NCBI RefSeq assembly: GCF_009914755.1
Contig: NC_060931.1
Source of the DNA: the human T2T-CHM13v2.0 reference genome, Homo sapiens
Direction: 5' to 3' (one strand)
Length of the DNA: 64,000 nucleotides
Position numbers and translations under genes: made by a program. The number at the start of each line of letters is the position of its first letter. Within the stretch, counting starts at the first letter, position 1. A model generated the notes under the pieces. The model saw only the letters and a list, made by a program, of their open reading frames with translations. It ran no database searches and was not told the DNA's origin. Shown one piece after another: positions 1 to 12,900 of the stretch.

Positions 1-233
1 GAGCAGATTTGAAACACTCTTGCTGTGGCATTTTCAGGTGGAGATTTCAAGCGATTTGAGGACAATTGCAGAAAAGGAAATATCTTCGTATAATAACCAG
101 ACAGAATCATTCTCAGAAAGTGCTTTGTGATGTGTGCGTTCAACTCACAGAGTTTAACCTTTCTTTTCATAGAGGAGTTTGGAAACACACTGTTTGTAAA
201 GTCTGCAAGTGGATACATGGACCTGTTTGAGGC

Positions 234-250
234 CTTCGTTGGAAACGGGA
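234..250 (+). promoter_or_regulatory. CENP-B box 1 of the HOR (CTTCGTTGGAAACGGGA), repeated every 1022 bp
   Basis: Exact match to the canonical 17-bp CENP-B box, core NTTCGNNNNANNCGGGN. Confidence 0.97.
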
Positions 251-401
251 TTTCTTCATTGAATGCTAGACGGAAGAATTCTCAGTAAATTCTTTGTGTT
301 GTGTGCATTCAACTCACAGAGTGGAACGTCCCTTTAGACACAGCAGATTTGAAACACTCTTTTTGCGGAATTTGCAAGTGGAGATTTCTAGCCATTTGAT
401 G

Positions 402-420
402 CCAACAGTAGAAAGGGAAA
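402..420 (+). other. A-type monomer box (degenerate pJ-alpha-like site) at the position equivalent to the CENP-B box in alternate monomers
   Basis: ccaacagtagaaagggaaa here, ccaacagtagaaaaggaaa at ~742 and acaattgcagaaaaggaaa at ~62. Each lies ~170 bp from a CENP-B box, giving the alternating A/B monomer pattern. Confidence 0.6.
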
Positions 421-573
421 TATCTTCAAATAAAAACCAGACAGAATCATTCTCAGAAAATTCTTTGTGATGTGTGCGTTCAACTCACATAGTTTAACCT
501 TTCTTTTCATAGAGCAGTTTGGAAACACTCTGTTTGTAAAGTCTGCAAGTGGATATATGGACCGCATTGAGGC

Positions 574-590
574 CTTCGTTGGAAACGGGA
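574..590 (+). promoter_or_regulatory. CENP-B box 2 of the HOR (CTTCGTTGGAAACGGGA), repeated every 1022 bp
   Basis: Exact canonical match, 340 bp after box 1. Confidence 0.97.
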
Positions 591-913
591 TTTCTTCATT
601 TCATGCTAGACAGAAGAATTCTCAGTAACTTCTTTGTGCTGTGTGTATTCAACTCACAGAGTGGAACGTCCCTTTGCACAGAGCAGATTTGAAACACTCT
701 TTTTGTGGAGTTTGCAAGTGGAGATTTCAAGCGATTTGATGCCAACAGTAGAAAAGGAAATATCTTCAAATAAAAACTAGACAGAATCATTCTCAGAAAC
801 TACTTTGTGATGTGTGCCTTCAACTCACAGAGTTCAACCTTTCTTTTCTTAGAGCAGTTTAGAAACACTCTGCTTGTTATGTCTGCAAGTGGATATTTGG
901 ACCTCTTTGAGGC

Positions 914-930
914 CTTCGTTGCAAACGGGG
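914..930 (+). promoter_or_regulatory. CENP-B box 3 of the HOR (CTTCGTTGCAAACGGGG), repeated every 1022 bp
   Basis: Differs from the canonical box only at non-core positions. All nine core bases (TTCG, A, CGGG) are retained. Confidence 0.92.
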
Positions 931-3900
931 TTTCTTCCTTTCATGCTAGACTAAGAAGAGTTCTCAGTAACTTTTTTGTGTTGTGTGTATTCAACTCACA
1001 GAGTTGAACCTTGCTTTAGAGAGAGCAGATTTGAAACACTCTTGCTGTGGCATTTTCAGGTGGAGATTTCAAGCGATTTGAGGACAATTGCAGAAAAGGA
1101 AATATCTTCGTATAATAACCAGACAGAATCATTCTCAGAAAGTGCTTTGTGATGTGTGCGTTCAACTCACAGAGTTTAACCTTTCTTTTCATAGAGGAGT
1201 TTGGAAACACACTGTTTGTAAAGTCTGCAAGTGGATACATGGACCTGTTTGAGGCCTTCGTTGGAAACGGGATTTCTTCATTGAATGCTAGACGGAAGAA
1301 TTCTCAGTAAATTCTTTGTGTTGTGTGCATTCAACTCACAGAGTGGAACGTCCCTTTAGACAGAGCAGATTTGAAACACTCTTTTTGCGGAATTTGCAAG
1401 TGGAGATTTCTAGCCATTTGATGCCAACAGTAGAAAGGGAAATATCTTCAAATAAAAACCAGACAGAATCATTCTCAGAAAATTCTTTGTGATGTGTGCG
1501 TTCAACTCACATAGTTTAACCTTTCTTTTCATAGAGCAGTTTGGAAACACTCTGTTTGTAAAGTCTGCAAGTGGATATATGGACCGCATTGAGGCCTTCG
1601 TTGGAAACGGGATTTCTTCATTTCATGCTAGACAGAAGAATTCTCAGTAACTTCTTTGTGCTGTGTGTATTCAACTCACAGAGTGGAACGTCCCTTTGCA
1701 CAGAGCAGATTTGAAACACTCTTTTTGTGGAGTTTGCAAGTGGAGATTTCAAGCGATTTGATGCCAACAGTAGAAAAGGAAATATCTTCAAATAAAAACT
1801 AGACAGAATCATTCTCAGAAACTACTTTGTGATGTGTGCCTTCAACTCACAGAGTTTAACCTTTCTTTTCTTAGAGCAGTTTAGAAACACTCTGCTTGTT
1901 ACGTCTGCAAGTGGATATTTGGACCTCTTTGAGGCCTTCGTTGCAAACGGGGTTTCTTCCTTTCATGCTAGACTAAGAAGAGTTCTCAGTAACTTTTTTG
2001 TGTTGTGTGTATTCAACTCACAGAGTTGAACCTTGCTTTAGAGAGAGCAGATTTGAAACACTCTTGCTGTGGCATTTTCAGGTGGAGATTTCAAGCGATT
2101 TGAGGACAATTGCAGAAAAGGAAATATCTTCGTATAATAACCAGACAGAATCATTCTCAGAAAGTGCTTTGTGATGTGTGCGTTCAACTCACAGAGTTTA
2201 ACCTTTCTTTTCATAGAGGAGTTTGGAAACACACTGTTTGTAAAGTCTGCAAGTGGATACATGGACCTGTTTGAGGCCTTCGTTGGAAACGGGATTTCTT
2301 CATTGAATGCTAGACGGAAGAATTCTCAGTAAATTCTTTGTGTTGTGTGCATTCAACTCACAGAGTGGAACGTCCCTTTAGACACAGCAGATTTGAAACA
2401 CTCTTTTTGCGGAATTTGCAAGTGGAGATTTCTAGCCATTTGATGCCAACAGTAGAAAGGGAAATATCTTCAAATAAAAACCAGACAGAATCATTCTCAG
2501 AAAATTCTTTGTGATGTGTGCGTTCAACTCACATAGTTTAACCTTTCTTTTCATAGAGCAGTTTGGAAACACTCTGTTTGTAAAGTCTGCAAGTGGATAT
2601 ATGGACCGCATTGAGGCCTTCGTTGGAAACGGGATTTCTTCATTTCATGCTAGACAGAAGAATTCTCAGTAACTTCTTTGTGCTGTGTGTATTCAACTCA
2701 CAGAGTGGAACGTCCCTTTGCACAGAGCAGATTTGAAACACTCTTTTTGTGGAGTTTGCAAGTGGAGATTTCAAGCGATTTGATGCCAACAGTAGAAAAG
2801 GAAATATCTTCAAATAAAAACTAGACAGAATCATTCTCAGAAACTACTTTGTGATGTGTGCCTTCAACTCACAGAGTTCAACCTTTCTTTTCTTAGAGCA
2901 GTTTAGAAACACTCTGCTTGTTATGTCTGCAAGTGGATATTTGGACCTCTTTGAGGCCTTCGTTGCAAACGGGGTTTCTTCCTTTCATGCTAGACTAAGA
3001 AGAGTTCTCAGTAACTTTTTTGTGTTGTGTGTATTCAACTCACAGAGTTGAACCTTGCTTTAGAGAGAGCAGATTTGAAACACTCTTGCTGTGGCATTTT
3101 CAGGTGGAGATTTCAAGCGATTTGAGGACAATTGCAGAAAAGGAAATATCTTCGTATAATAACCAGACAGAATCATTCTCAGAAAGTGCTTTGTGATGTG
3201 TGCGTTCAACTCACAGAGTTTAACCTTTCTTTTCATAGAGGAGTTTGGAAACACACTGTTTGTAAAGTCTGCAAGTGGATACATGGACCTGTTTGAGGCC
3301 TTCGTTGGAAACGGGATTTCTTCATTGAATGCTAGACGGAAGAATTCTCAGTAAATTCTTTGTGTTGTGTGCATTCAACTCACAGAGTGGAACGTCCCTT
3401 TAGACAGAGCAGATTTGAAACACTCTTTTTGCGGAATTTGCAAGTGGAGATTTCTAGCCATTTGATGCCAACAGTAGAAAGGGAAATATCTTCAAATAAA
3501 AACCAGACAGAATCATTCTCAGAAAATTCTTTGTGATGTGTGCGTTCAACTCACATAGTTTAACCTTTCTTTTCATAGAGCAGTTTGGAAACACTCTGTT
3601 TGTAAAGTCTGCAAGTGGATATATGGACCGCATTGAGGCCTTCGTTGGAAACGGGATTTCTTCATTTCATGCTAGACAGAAGAATTCTCAGTAACTTCTT
3701 TGTGCTGTGTGTATTCAACTCACAGAGTGGAACGTCCCTTTGCACAGAGCAGATTTGAAACACTCTTTTTGTGGAGTTTGCAAGTGGAGATTTCAAGCGA
3801 TTTGATGCCAACAGTAGAAAAGGAAATATCTTCAAATAAAAACTAGACAGAATCATTCTCAGAAACTACTTTGTGATGTGTGCCTTCAACTCACAGAGTT

Positions 3901-6900
3901 CAACCTTTCTTTTCTTAGAGCAGTTTAGAAACACTCTGCTTGTTATGTCTGCAAGTGGATATTTGGACCTCTTTGAGGCCTTCGTTGCAAACGGGGTTTC
4001 TTCCTTTCATGCTAGACTAAGAAGAGTTCTCAGTAACTTTTTTGTGTTGTGTGTATTCAACTCACAGAGTTGAACCTTGCTTTAGAGAGAGCAGATTTGA
4101 AACACTCTTGCTGTGGCATTTTCAGGTGGAGATTTCAAGCGATTTGAGGACAATTGCAGAAAAGGAAATATCTTCGTATAATAACCAGACAGAATCATTC
4201 TCAGAAAGTGCTTTGTGATGTGTGCGTTCAACTCACAGAGTTTAACCTTTCTTTTCATAGAGGAGTTTGGAAACACACTGTTTGTAAAGTCTGCAAGTGG
4301 ATACATGGACCTGTTTGAGGCCTTCGTTGGAAACGGGATTTCTTCATTGAATGCTAGACGGAAGAATTCTCAGTAAATTCTTTGTGTTGTGTGCATTCAA
4401 CTCACAGAGTGGAACGTCCCTTTAGACACAGCAGATTTGAAACACTCTTTTTGCGGAATTTGCAAGTGGAGATTTCTAGCCATTTGATGCCAACAGTAGA
4501 AAGGGAAATATCTTCAAATAAAAACCAGACAGAATCATTCTCAGAAAATTCTTTGTGATGTGTGCGTTCAACTCACATAGTTTAACCTTTCTTTTCATAG
4601 AGCAGTTTGGAAACACTCTGTTTGTAAAGTCTGCAAGTGGATATATGGACCGCATTGAGGCCTTCGTTGGAAACGGGATTTCTTCATTTCATGCTAGACA
4701 GAAGAATTCTCAGTAACTTCTTTGTGCTGTGTGTATTCAACTCACAGAGTGGAACGTCCCTTTGCACAGAGCAGATTTGAAACACTCTTTTTGTGGAGTT
4801 TGCAAGTGGAGATTTCAAGCGATTTGATGCCAACAGTAGAAAAGGAAATATCTTCAAATAAAAACTAGACAGAATCATTCTCAGAAACTACTTTGTGATG
4901 TGTGCCTTCAACTCACAGAGTTCAACCTTTCTTTTCTTAGAGCAGTTTAGAAACACTCTGCTTGTTATGTCTGCAAGTGGATATTTGGACCTCTTTGAGG
5001 CCTTCGTTGCAAACGGGGTTTCTTCCTTTCATGCTAGACTAAGAAGAGTTCTCAGTAACTTTTTTGTGTTGTGTGTATTCAACTCACAGAGTTGAACCTT
5101 GCTTTAGAGAGAGCAGATTTGAAACACTCTTGCTGTGGCATTTTCAGGTGGAGATTTCAAGCGATTTGAGGACAATTGCAGAAAAGGAAATATCTTCGTA
5201 TAATAACCAGACAGAATCATTCTCAGAAAGTGCTTTGTGATGTGTGCGTTCAACTCACAGAGTTTAACCTTTCTTTTCATAGAGGAGTTTGGAAACACAC
5301 TGTTTGTAAAGTCTGCAAGTGGATACATGGACCTGTTTGAGGCCTTCGTTGGAAACGGGATTTCTTCATTGAATGCTAGACGGAAGAATTCTCAGTAAAT
5401 TCTTTGTGTTGTGTGCATTCAACTCACAGAGTGGAACGTCCCTTTAGACAGAGCAGATTTGAAACACTCTTTTTGCGGAATTTGCAAGTGGAGATTTCTA
5501 GCCATTTGATGCCAACAGTAGAAAGGGAAATATCTTCAAATAAAAACCAGACAGAATCATTCTCAGAAAATTCTTTGTGATGTGTGCGTTCAACTCACAT
5601 AGTTTAACCTTTCTTTTCATAGAGCAGTTTGGAAACACTCTGTTTGTAAAGTCTGCAAGTGGATATATGGACCGCATTGAGGCCTTCGTTGGAAACGGGA
5701 TTTCTTCATTTCATGCTAGACAGAAGAATTCTCAGTAACTTCTTTGTGCTGTGTGTATTCAACTCACAGAGTGGAACGTCCCTTTGCACAGAGCAGATTT
5801 GAAACACTCTTTTTGTGGAGTTTGCAAGTGGAGATTTCAAGCGATTTGATGCCAACAGTAGAAAAGGAAATATCTTCAAATAAAAACTAGACAGAATCAT
5901 TCTCAGAAACTACTTTGTGATGTGTGCCTTCAACTCACAGAGTTTAACCTTTCTTTTCTTAGAGCAGTTTAGAAACACTCTGCTTGTTATGTCTGCAAGT
6001 GGATATTTGGACCTCTTTGAGGCCTTCGTTGCAAACGGGGTTTCTTCCTTTCATGCTAGACTAAGAAGAGTTCTCAGTAACTTTTTTGTGTTGTGTGTAT
6101 TCAACTCACAGAGTTGAACCTTGCTTTAGAGAGAGCAGATTTGAAACACTCTTGCTGTGGCATTTTCAGGTGGAGATTTCAAGCGATTTGAGGACAATTG
6201 CAGAAAAGGAAATATCTTCGTATAATAACCAGACAGAATCATTCTCAGAAAGTGCTTTGTGATGTGTGCGTTCAACTCACAGAGTTTAACCTTTCTTTTC
6301 ATAGAGGAGTTTGGAAACACACTGTTTGTAAAGTCTGCAAGTGGATACATGGACCTGTTTGAGGCCTTCGTTGGAAACGGGATTTCTTCATTGAATGCTA
6401 GACGGAAGAATTCTCAGTAAATTCTTTGTGTTGTGTGCATTGAACTCACAGAGTGGAACGTCCCTTTAGACACAGCAGATTTGAAACACTCTTTTTGCGG
6501 AATTTGCAAGTGGAGATTTCTAGCCATTTGATGCCAACAGTAGAAAGGGAAATATCTTCAAATAAAAACCAGACAGAATCATTCTCAGAAAATTCTTTGT
6601 GATGTGTGCGTTCAACTCACATAGTTTAACCTTTCTTTTCATAGAGCAGTTTGGAAACACTCTGTTTGTAAAGTCTGCAAGTGGATATATGGACCGCATT
6701 GAGGCCTTCGTTGGAAACGGGATTTCTTCATTTCATGCTAGACAGAAGAATTCTCAGTAACTTCTTTGTGCTGTGTGTATTCAACTCACAGAGTGGAACG
6801 TCCCTTTGCACAGAGCAGATTTGAAACACTCTTTTTGTGGAGTTTGCAAGTGGAGATTTCAAGCGATTTGATGCCAACAGTAGAAAAGGAAATATCTTCA

Positions 6901-9900
6901 AATAAAAACTAGACAGAATCATTCTCAGAAACTACTTTGTGATGTGTGCCTTCAACTCACAGAGTTCAACCTTTCTTTTCTTAGAGCAGTTTAGAAACAC
7001 TCTGCTTGTTATGTCTGCAAGTGGATATTTGGACCTCTTTGAGGCCTTCGTTGCAAACGGGGTTTCTTCCTTTCATGCTAGACTAAGAAGAGTTCTCAGT
7101 AACTTTTTTGTGTTGTGTGTATTCAACTCACAGAGTTGAACCTTGCTTTAGAGAGAGCAGATTTGAAACACTCTTGCTGTGGCATTTTCAGGTGGAGATT
7201 TCAAGCGATTTGAGGACAATTGCAGAAAAGGAAATATCTTCGTATAATAACCAGACAGAATCATTCTCAGAAAGTGCTTTGTGATGTGTGCGTTCAACTC
7301 ACAGAGTTTAACCTTTCTTTTCATAGAGGAGTTTGGAAACACACTGTTTGTAAAGTCTGCAAGTGGATACATGGACCTGTTTGAGGCCTTCGTTGGAAAC
7401 GGGATTTCTTCATTGAATGCTAGACGGAAGAATTCTCAGTAAATTCTTTGTGTTGTGTGCATTCAACTCACAGAGTGGAACGTCCCTTTAGACAGAGCAG
7501 ATTTGAAACACTCTTTTTGCGGAATTTGCAAGTGGAGATTTCTAGCCATTTGATGCCAACAGTAGAAAGGGAAATATCTTCAAATAAAAACCAGACAGAA
7601 TCATTCTCAGAAAATTCTTTGTGATGTGTGCGTTCAACTCACATAGTTTAACCTTTCTTTTCATAGAGCAGTTTGGAAACACTCTGTTTGTAAAGTCTGC
7701 AAGTGGATATATGGACCGCATTGAGGCCTTCGTTGGAAACGGGATTTCTTCATTTCATGCTAGACAGAAGAATTCTCAGTAACTTCTTTGTGCTGTGTGT
7801 ATTCAACTCACAGAGTGGAACGTCCCTTTGCACAGAGCAGATTTGAAACACTCTTTTTGTGGAGTTTGCAAGTGGAGATTTCAAGCGATTTGATGCCAAC
7901 AGTAGAAAAGGAAATATCTTCAAATAAAAACTAGACAGAATCATTCTCAGAAACTACTTTGTGATGTGTGCCTTCAACTCACAGAGTTTAACCTTTCTTT
8001 TCTTAGAGCAGTTTAGAAACACTCTGCTTGTTATGTCTGCAAGTGGATATTTGGACCTCTTTGAGGCCTTCGTTGCAAACGGGGTTTCTTCCTTTCATGC
8101 TAGACTAAGAAGAGTTCTCAGTAACTTTTTTGTGTTGTGTGTATTCAACTCACAGAGTTGAACCTTGCTTTAGAGAGAGCAGATTTGAAACACTCTTGCT
8201 GTGGCATTTTCAGGTGGAGATTTCAAGCGATTTGAGGACAATTGCAGAAAAGGAAATATCTTCGTATAATAACCAGACAGAATCATTCTCAGAAAGTGCT
8301 TTGTGATGTGTGCGTTCAACTCACAGAGTTTAACCTTTCTTTTCATAGAGGAGTTTGGAAACACACTGTTTGTAAAGTCTGCAAGTGGATACATGGACCT
8401 GTTTGAGGCCTTCGTTGGAAACGGGATTTCTTCATTGAATGCTAGACGGAAGAATTCTCAGTAAATTCTTTGTGTTGTGTGCATTCAACTCACAGAGTGG
8501 AACGTCCCTTTAGACACAGCAGATTTGAAACACTCTTTTTGCGGAATTTGCAAGTGGAGATTTCTAGCCATTTGATGCCAACAGTAGAAAGGGAAATATC
8601 TTCAAATAAAAACCAGACAGAATCATTCTCAGAAAATTCTTTGTGATGTGTGCGTTCAACTCACATAGTTTAACCTTTCTTTTCATAGAGCAGTTTGGAA
8701 ACACTCTGTTTGTAAAGTCTGCAAGTGGATATATGGACCGCATTGAGGCCTTCGTTGGAAACGGGATTTCTTCATTTCATGCTAGACAGAAGAATTCTCA
8801 GTAACTTCTTTGTGCTGTGTGTATTCAACTCACAGAGTGGAACGTCCCTTTGCACAGAGCAGATTTGAAACACTCTTTTTGTGGAGTTTGCAAGTGGAGA
8901 TTTCAAGCGATTTGATGCCAACAGTAGAAAAGGAAATATCTTCAAATAAAAACTAGACAGAATCATTCTCAGAAACTACTTTGTGATGTGTGCCTTCAAC
9001 TCACAGAGTTTAACCTTTCTTTTCTTAGAGCAGTTTAGAAACACTCTGCTTGTTATGTCTGCAAGTGGATATTTGGACCTCTTTGAGGCCTTCGTTGCAA
9101 ACGGGGTTTCTTCCTTTCATGCTAGACTAAGAAGAGTTCTCAGTAACTTTTTTGTGTTGTGTGTATTCAACTCACAGAGTTGAACCTTGCTTTAGAGAGA
9201 GCAGATTTGAAACACTCTTGCTGTGGCATTTTCAGGTGGAGATTTCAAGCGATTTGAGGACAATTGCAGAAAAGGAAATATCTTCGTATAATAACCAGAC
9301 AGAATCATTCTCAGAAAGTGCTTTGTGATGTGTGCGTTCAACTCACAGAGTTTAACCTTTCTTTTCATAGAGGAGTTTGGAAACACACTGTTTGTAAAGT
9401 CTGCAAGTGGATACATGGACCTGTTTGAGGCCTTCGTTGGAAACGGGATTTCTTCATTGAATGCTAGACGGAAGAATTCTCAGTAAATTCTTTGTGTTGT
9501 GTGCATTCAACTCACAGAGTGGAACGTCCCTTTAGACACAGCAGATTTGAAACACTCTTTTTGCGGAATTTGCAAGTGGAGATTTCTAGCCATTTGATGC
9601 CAACAGTAGAAAGGGAAATATCTTCAAATAAAAACCAGACAGAATCATTCTCAGAAAATTCTTTGTGATGTGTGCGTTCAACTCACATAGTTTAACCTTT
9701 CTTTTCATAGAGCAGTTTGGAAACACTCTGTTTGTAAAGTCTGCAAGTGGATATATGGACCGCATTGAGGCCTTCGTTGGAAACGGGATTTCTTCATTTC
9801 ATGCTAGACAGAAGAATTCTCAGTAACTTCTTTGTGCTGTGTGTATTCAACTCACAGAGTGGAACGTCCCTTTGCACAGAGCAGATTTGAAACACTCTTT

Positions 9901-12900
9901 TTGTGGAGTTTGCAAGTGGAGATTTCAAGCGATTTGATGCCAACAGTAGAAAAGGAAATATCTTCAAATAAAAACTAGACAGAATCATTCTCAGAAACTA
10001 CTTTGTGATGTGTGCCTTCAACTCACAGAGTTTAACCTTTCTTTTCTTAGAGCAGTTTAGAAACACTCTGCTTGTTATGTCTGCAAGTGGATATTTGGAC
10101 CTCTTTGAGGCCTTCGTTGCAAACGTGGTTTCTTCCTTTCATGCTAGACTAAGAAGAGTTCTCAGTAACTTTTTTGTGTTGTGTGTATTCAACTCACAGA
10201 GTTGAACCTTGCTTTAGAGAGAGCAGATTTGAAACACTCTTGCTGTGGCATTTTCAGGTGGAGATTTCAAGCGATTTGAGGACAATTGCAGAAAAGGAAA
10301 TATCTTCGTATAATAACCAGACAGAATCATTCTCAGAAAGTGCTTTGTGATGTGTGCGTTCAACTCACAGAGTTTAACCTTTCTTTTCATAGAGGAGTTT
10401 GGAAACACACTGTTTGTAAAGTCTGCAAGTGGATACATGGACCTGTTTGAGGCCTTCGTTGGAAACGGGATTTCTTCATTGAATGCTAGACGGAAGAATT
10501 CTCAGTAAATTCTTTGTGTTGTGTGCATTCAACTCACAGAGTGGAACGTCCCTTTAGACAGAGCAGATTTGAAACACTCTTTTTGCGGAATTTGCAAGTG
10601 GAGATTTCTAGCCATTTGATGCCAACAGTAGAAAGGGAAATATCTTCAAATAAAAACCAGACAGAATCATTCTCAGAAAATTCTTTGTGATGTGTGCGTT
10701 CAACTCACATAGTTTAACCTTTCTTTTCATAGAGCAGTTTGGAAACACTCTGTTTGTAAAGTCTGCAAGTGGATATATGGACCGCATTGAGGCCTTCGTT
10801 GGAAACGGGATTTCTTCATTTCATGCTAGACAGAAGAATTCTCAGTAACTTCTTTGTGCTGTGTGTATTCAACTCACAGAGTGGAACGTCCCTTTGCACA
10901 GAGCAGATTTGAAACACTCTTTTTGTGGAGTTTGCAAGTGGAGATTTCAAGCGATTTGATGCCAACAGTAGAAAAGGAAATATCTTCAAATAAAAACTAG
11001 ACAGAATCATTCTCAGAAACTACTTTGTGATGTGTGCCTTCAACTCACAGAGTTTAACCTTTCTTTTCTTAGAGCAGTTTAGAAACACTCTGCTTGTTAT
11101 GTCTGCAAGTGGATATTTGGACCTCTTTGAGGCCTTCGTTGCAAACGGGGTTTCTTCCTTTCATGCTAGACTAAGAAGAGTTCTCAGTAACTTTTTTGTG
11201 TTGTGTGTATTCAACTCACAGAGTTGAACCTTGCTTTAGAGAGAGCAGATTTGAAACACTCTTGCTGTGGCATTTTCAGGTGGAGATTTCAAGCGATTTG
11301 AGGACAATTGCAGAAAAGGAAATATCTTCGTATAATAACCAGACAGAATCATTCTCAGAAAGTGCTTTGTGATGTGTGCGTTCAACTCACAGAGTTTAAC
11401 CTTTCTTTTCATAGAGGAGTTTGGAAACACACTGTTTGTAAAGTCTGCAAGTGGATACATGGACCTGTTTGAGGCCTTCGTTGGAAACGGGATTTCTTCA
11501 TTGAATGCTAGACGGAAGAATTCTCAGTAAATTCTTTGTGTTGTGTGCATTCAACTCACAGAGTGGAACGTCCCTTTAGACAGAGCAGATTTGAAACACT
11601 CTTTTTGCGGAATTTGCAAGTGGAGATTTCTAGCCATTTGATGCCAACAGTAGAAAGGGAAATATCTTCAAATAAAAACCAGACAGAATCATTCTCAGAA
11701 AATTCTTTGTGATGTGTGCGTTCAACTCACATAGTTTAACCTTTCTTTTCATAGAGCAGTTTGGAAACACTCTGTTTGTAAAGTCTGCAAGTGGATATAT
11801 GGACCGCATTGAGGCCTTCGTTGGAAACGGGATTTCTTCATTTCATGCTAGACAGAAGAATTCTCAGTAACTTCTTTGTGCTGTGTGTATTCAACTCACA
11901 GAGTGGAACGTCCCTTTGCACAGAGCAGATTTGAAACACTCTTTTTGTGGAGTTTGCAAGTGGAGATTCCAAGCGATTTGATGCCTACAGTAGAAAAGGA
12001 AATATCTTCAAATAAAAACTAGACAGAATCATTCTCAGAAACTACTTTGTGATGTGTGCCTTCAACTCACAGAGTTTAACCTTTCTTTTCTTAGAGCAGT
12101 TTAGAAACACTCTGCTTGTTATGTCTGCAAGTGGATATTTGGACCTCTTTGAGGCCTTCGTTGCAAACGGGGTTTCTTCCTTTCATGCTAGACTAAGAAG
12201 AGTTCTCAGTAACTTTTTTGTGTTGTGTGTATTCAACTCACAGAGTTGAACCTTGCTTTAGAGAGAGCAGATTTGAAACACTCTTGTTGTGGCATTTTCA
12301 GGTGGAGATTTCAAGCGATTTGAGGACAATTGCAGAAAAGGAAATATCTTCGTATAATAACCAGACAGAATCATTCTCAGAAAGTGCTTTGTGATGTGTG
12401 CGTTCAACTCACAGAGTTTAACCTTTCTTTTCATAGAGGAGTTTGGAAACACACTGTTTGTAAAGTCTGCAAGTGGATATATGGACCTGTTTGAGGCCTT
12501 CGTTGGAAACGGGATTTCTTCATTGAATGCTAGACGGAAGAATTCTCAGTAAATTCTTTGTGTTGTGTGCATTCAACTCACAGAGTGGAACGTCCCTTTA
12601 GACACAGCAGATTTGAAACACTCTTTTTGCGGAATTTGCAAGTGGAGATTTCTAGCCATTTGATGCCAACAGTAGAAAGGGAAATATCTTCAAATAAAAA
12701 CCAGACAGAATCATTCTCAGAAAATTCTTTGTGATGTGTGCGTTCAACTCACATAGTTTAACCTTTCTTTTCATAGAGCAGTTTGGAAACACTCTGTTTG
12801 TAAAGTCTGCAAGTGGATATATGGACCGCATTGAGGCCTTCGTTGGAAACGGGATTTCTTCATTTCATGCTAGACAGAAGAATTCTCAGTAACTTCTTTG

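Larger units (their letters stand above)
1..1022 (+). repeat. Representative 1022-bp HOR unit (HOR1, arbitrary phase): three dimers of 340, 340 and 342 bp
   Basis: gagcagatttgaaacactct-type motif recurs at 1, 341, 681 and 1023. The third dimer carries 2 extra bases near 949-958 (gactaagaagagttctc versus gacagaagaattctc). Confidence 0.97.
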
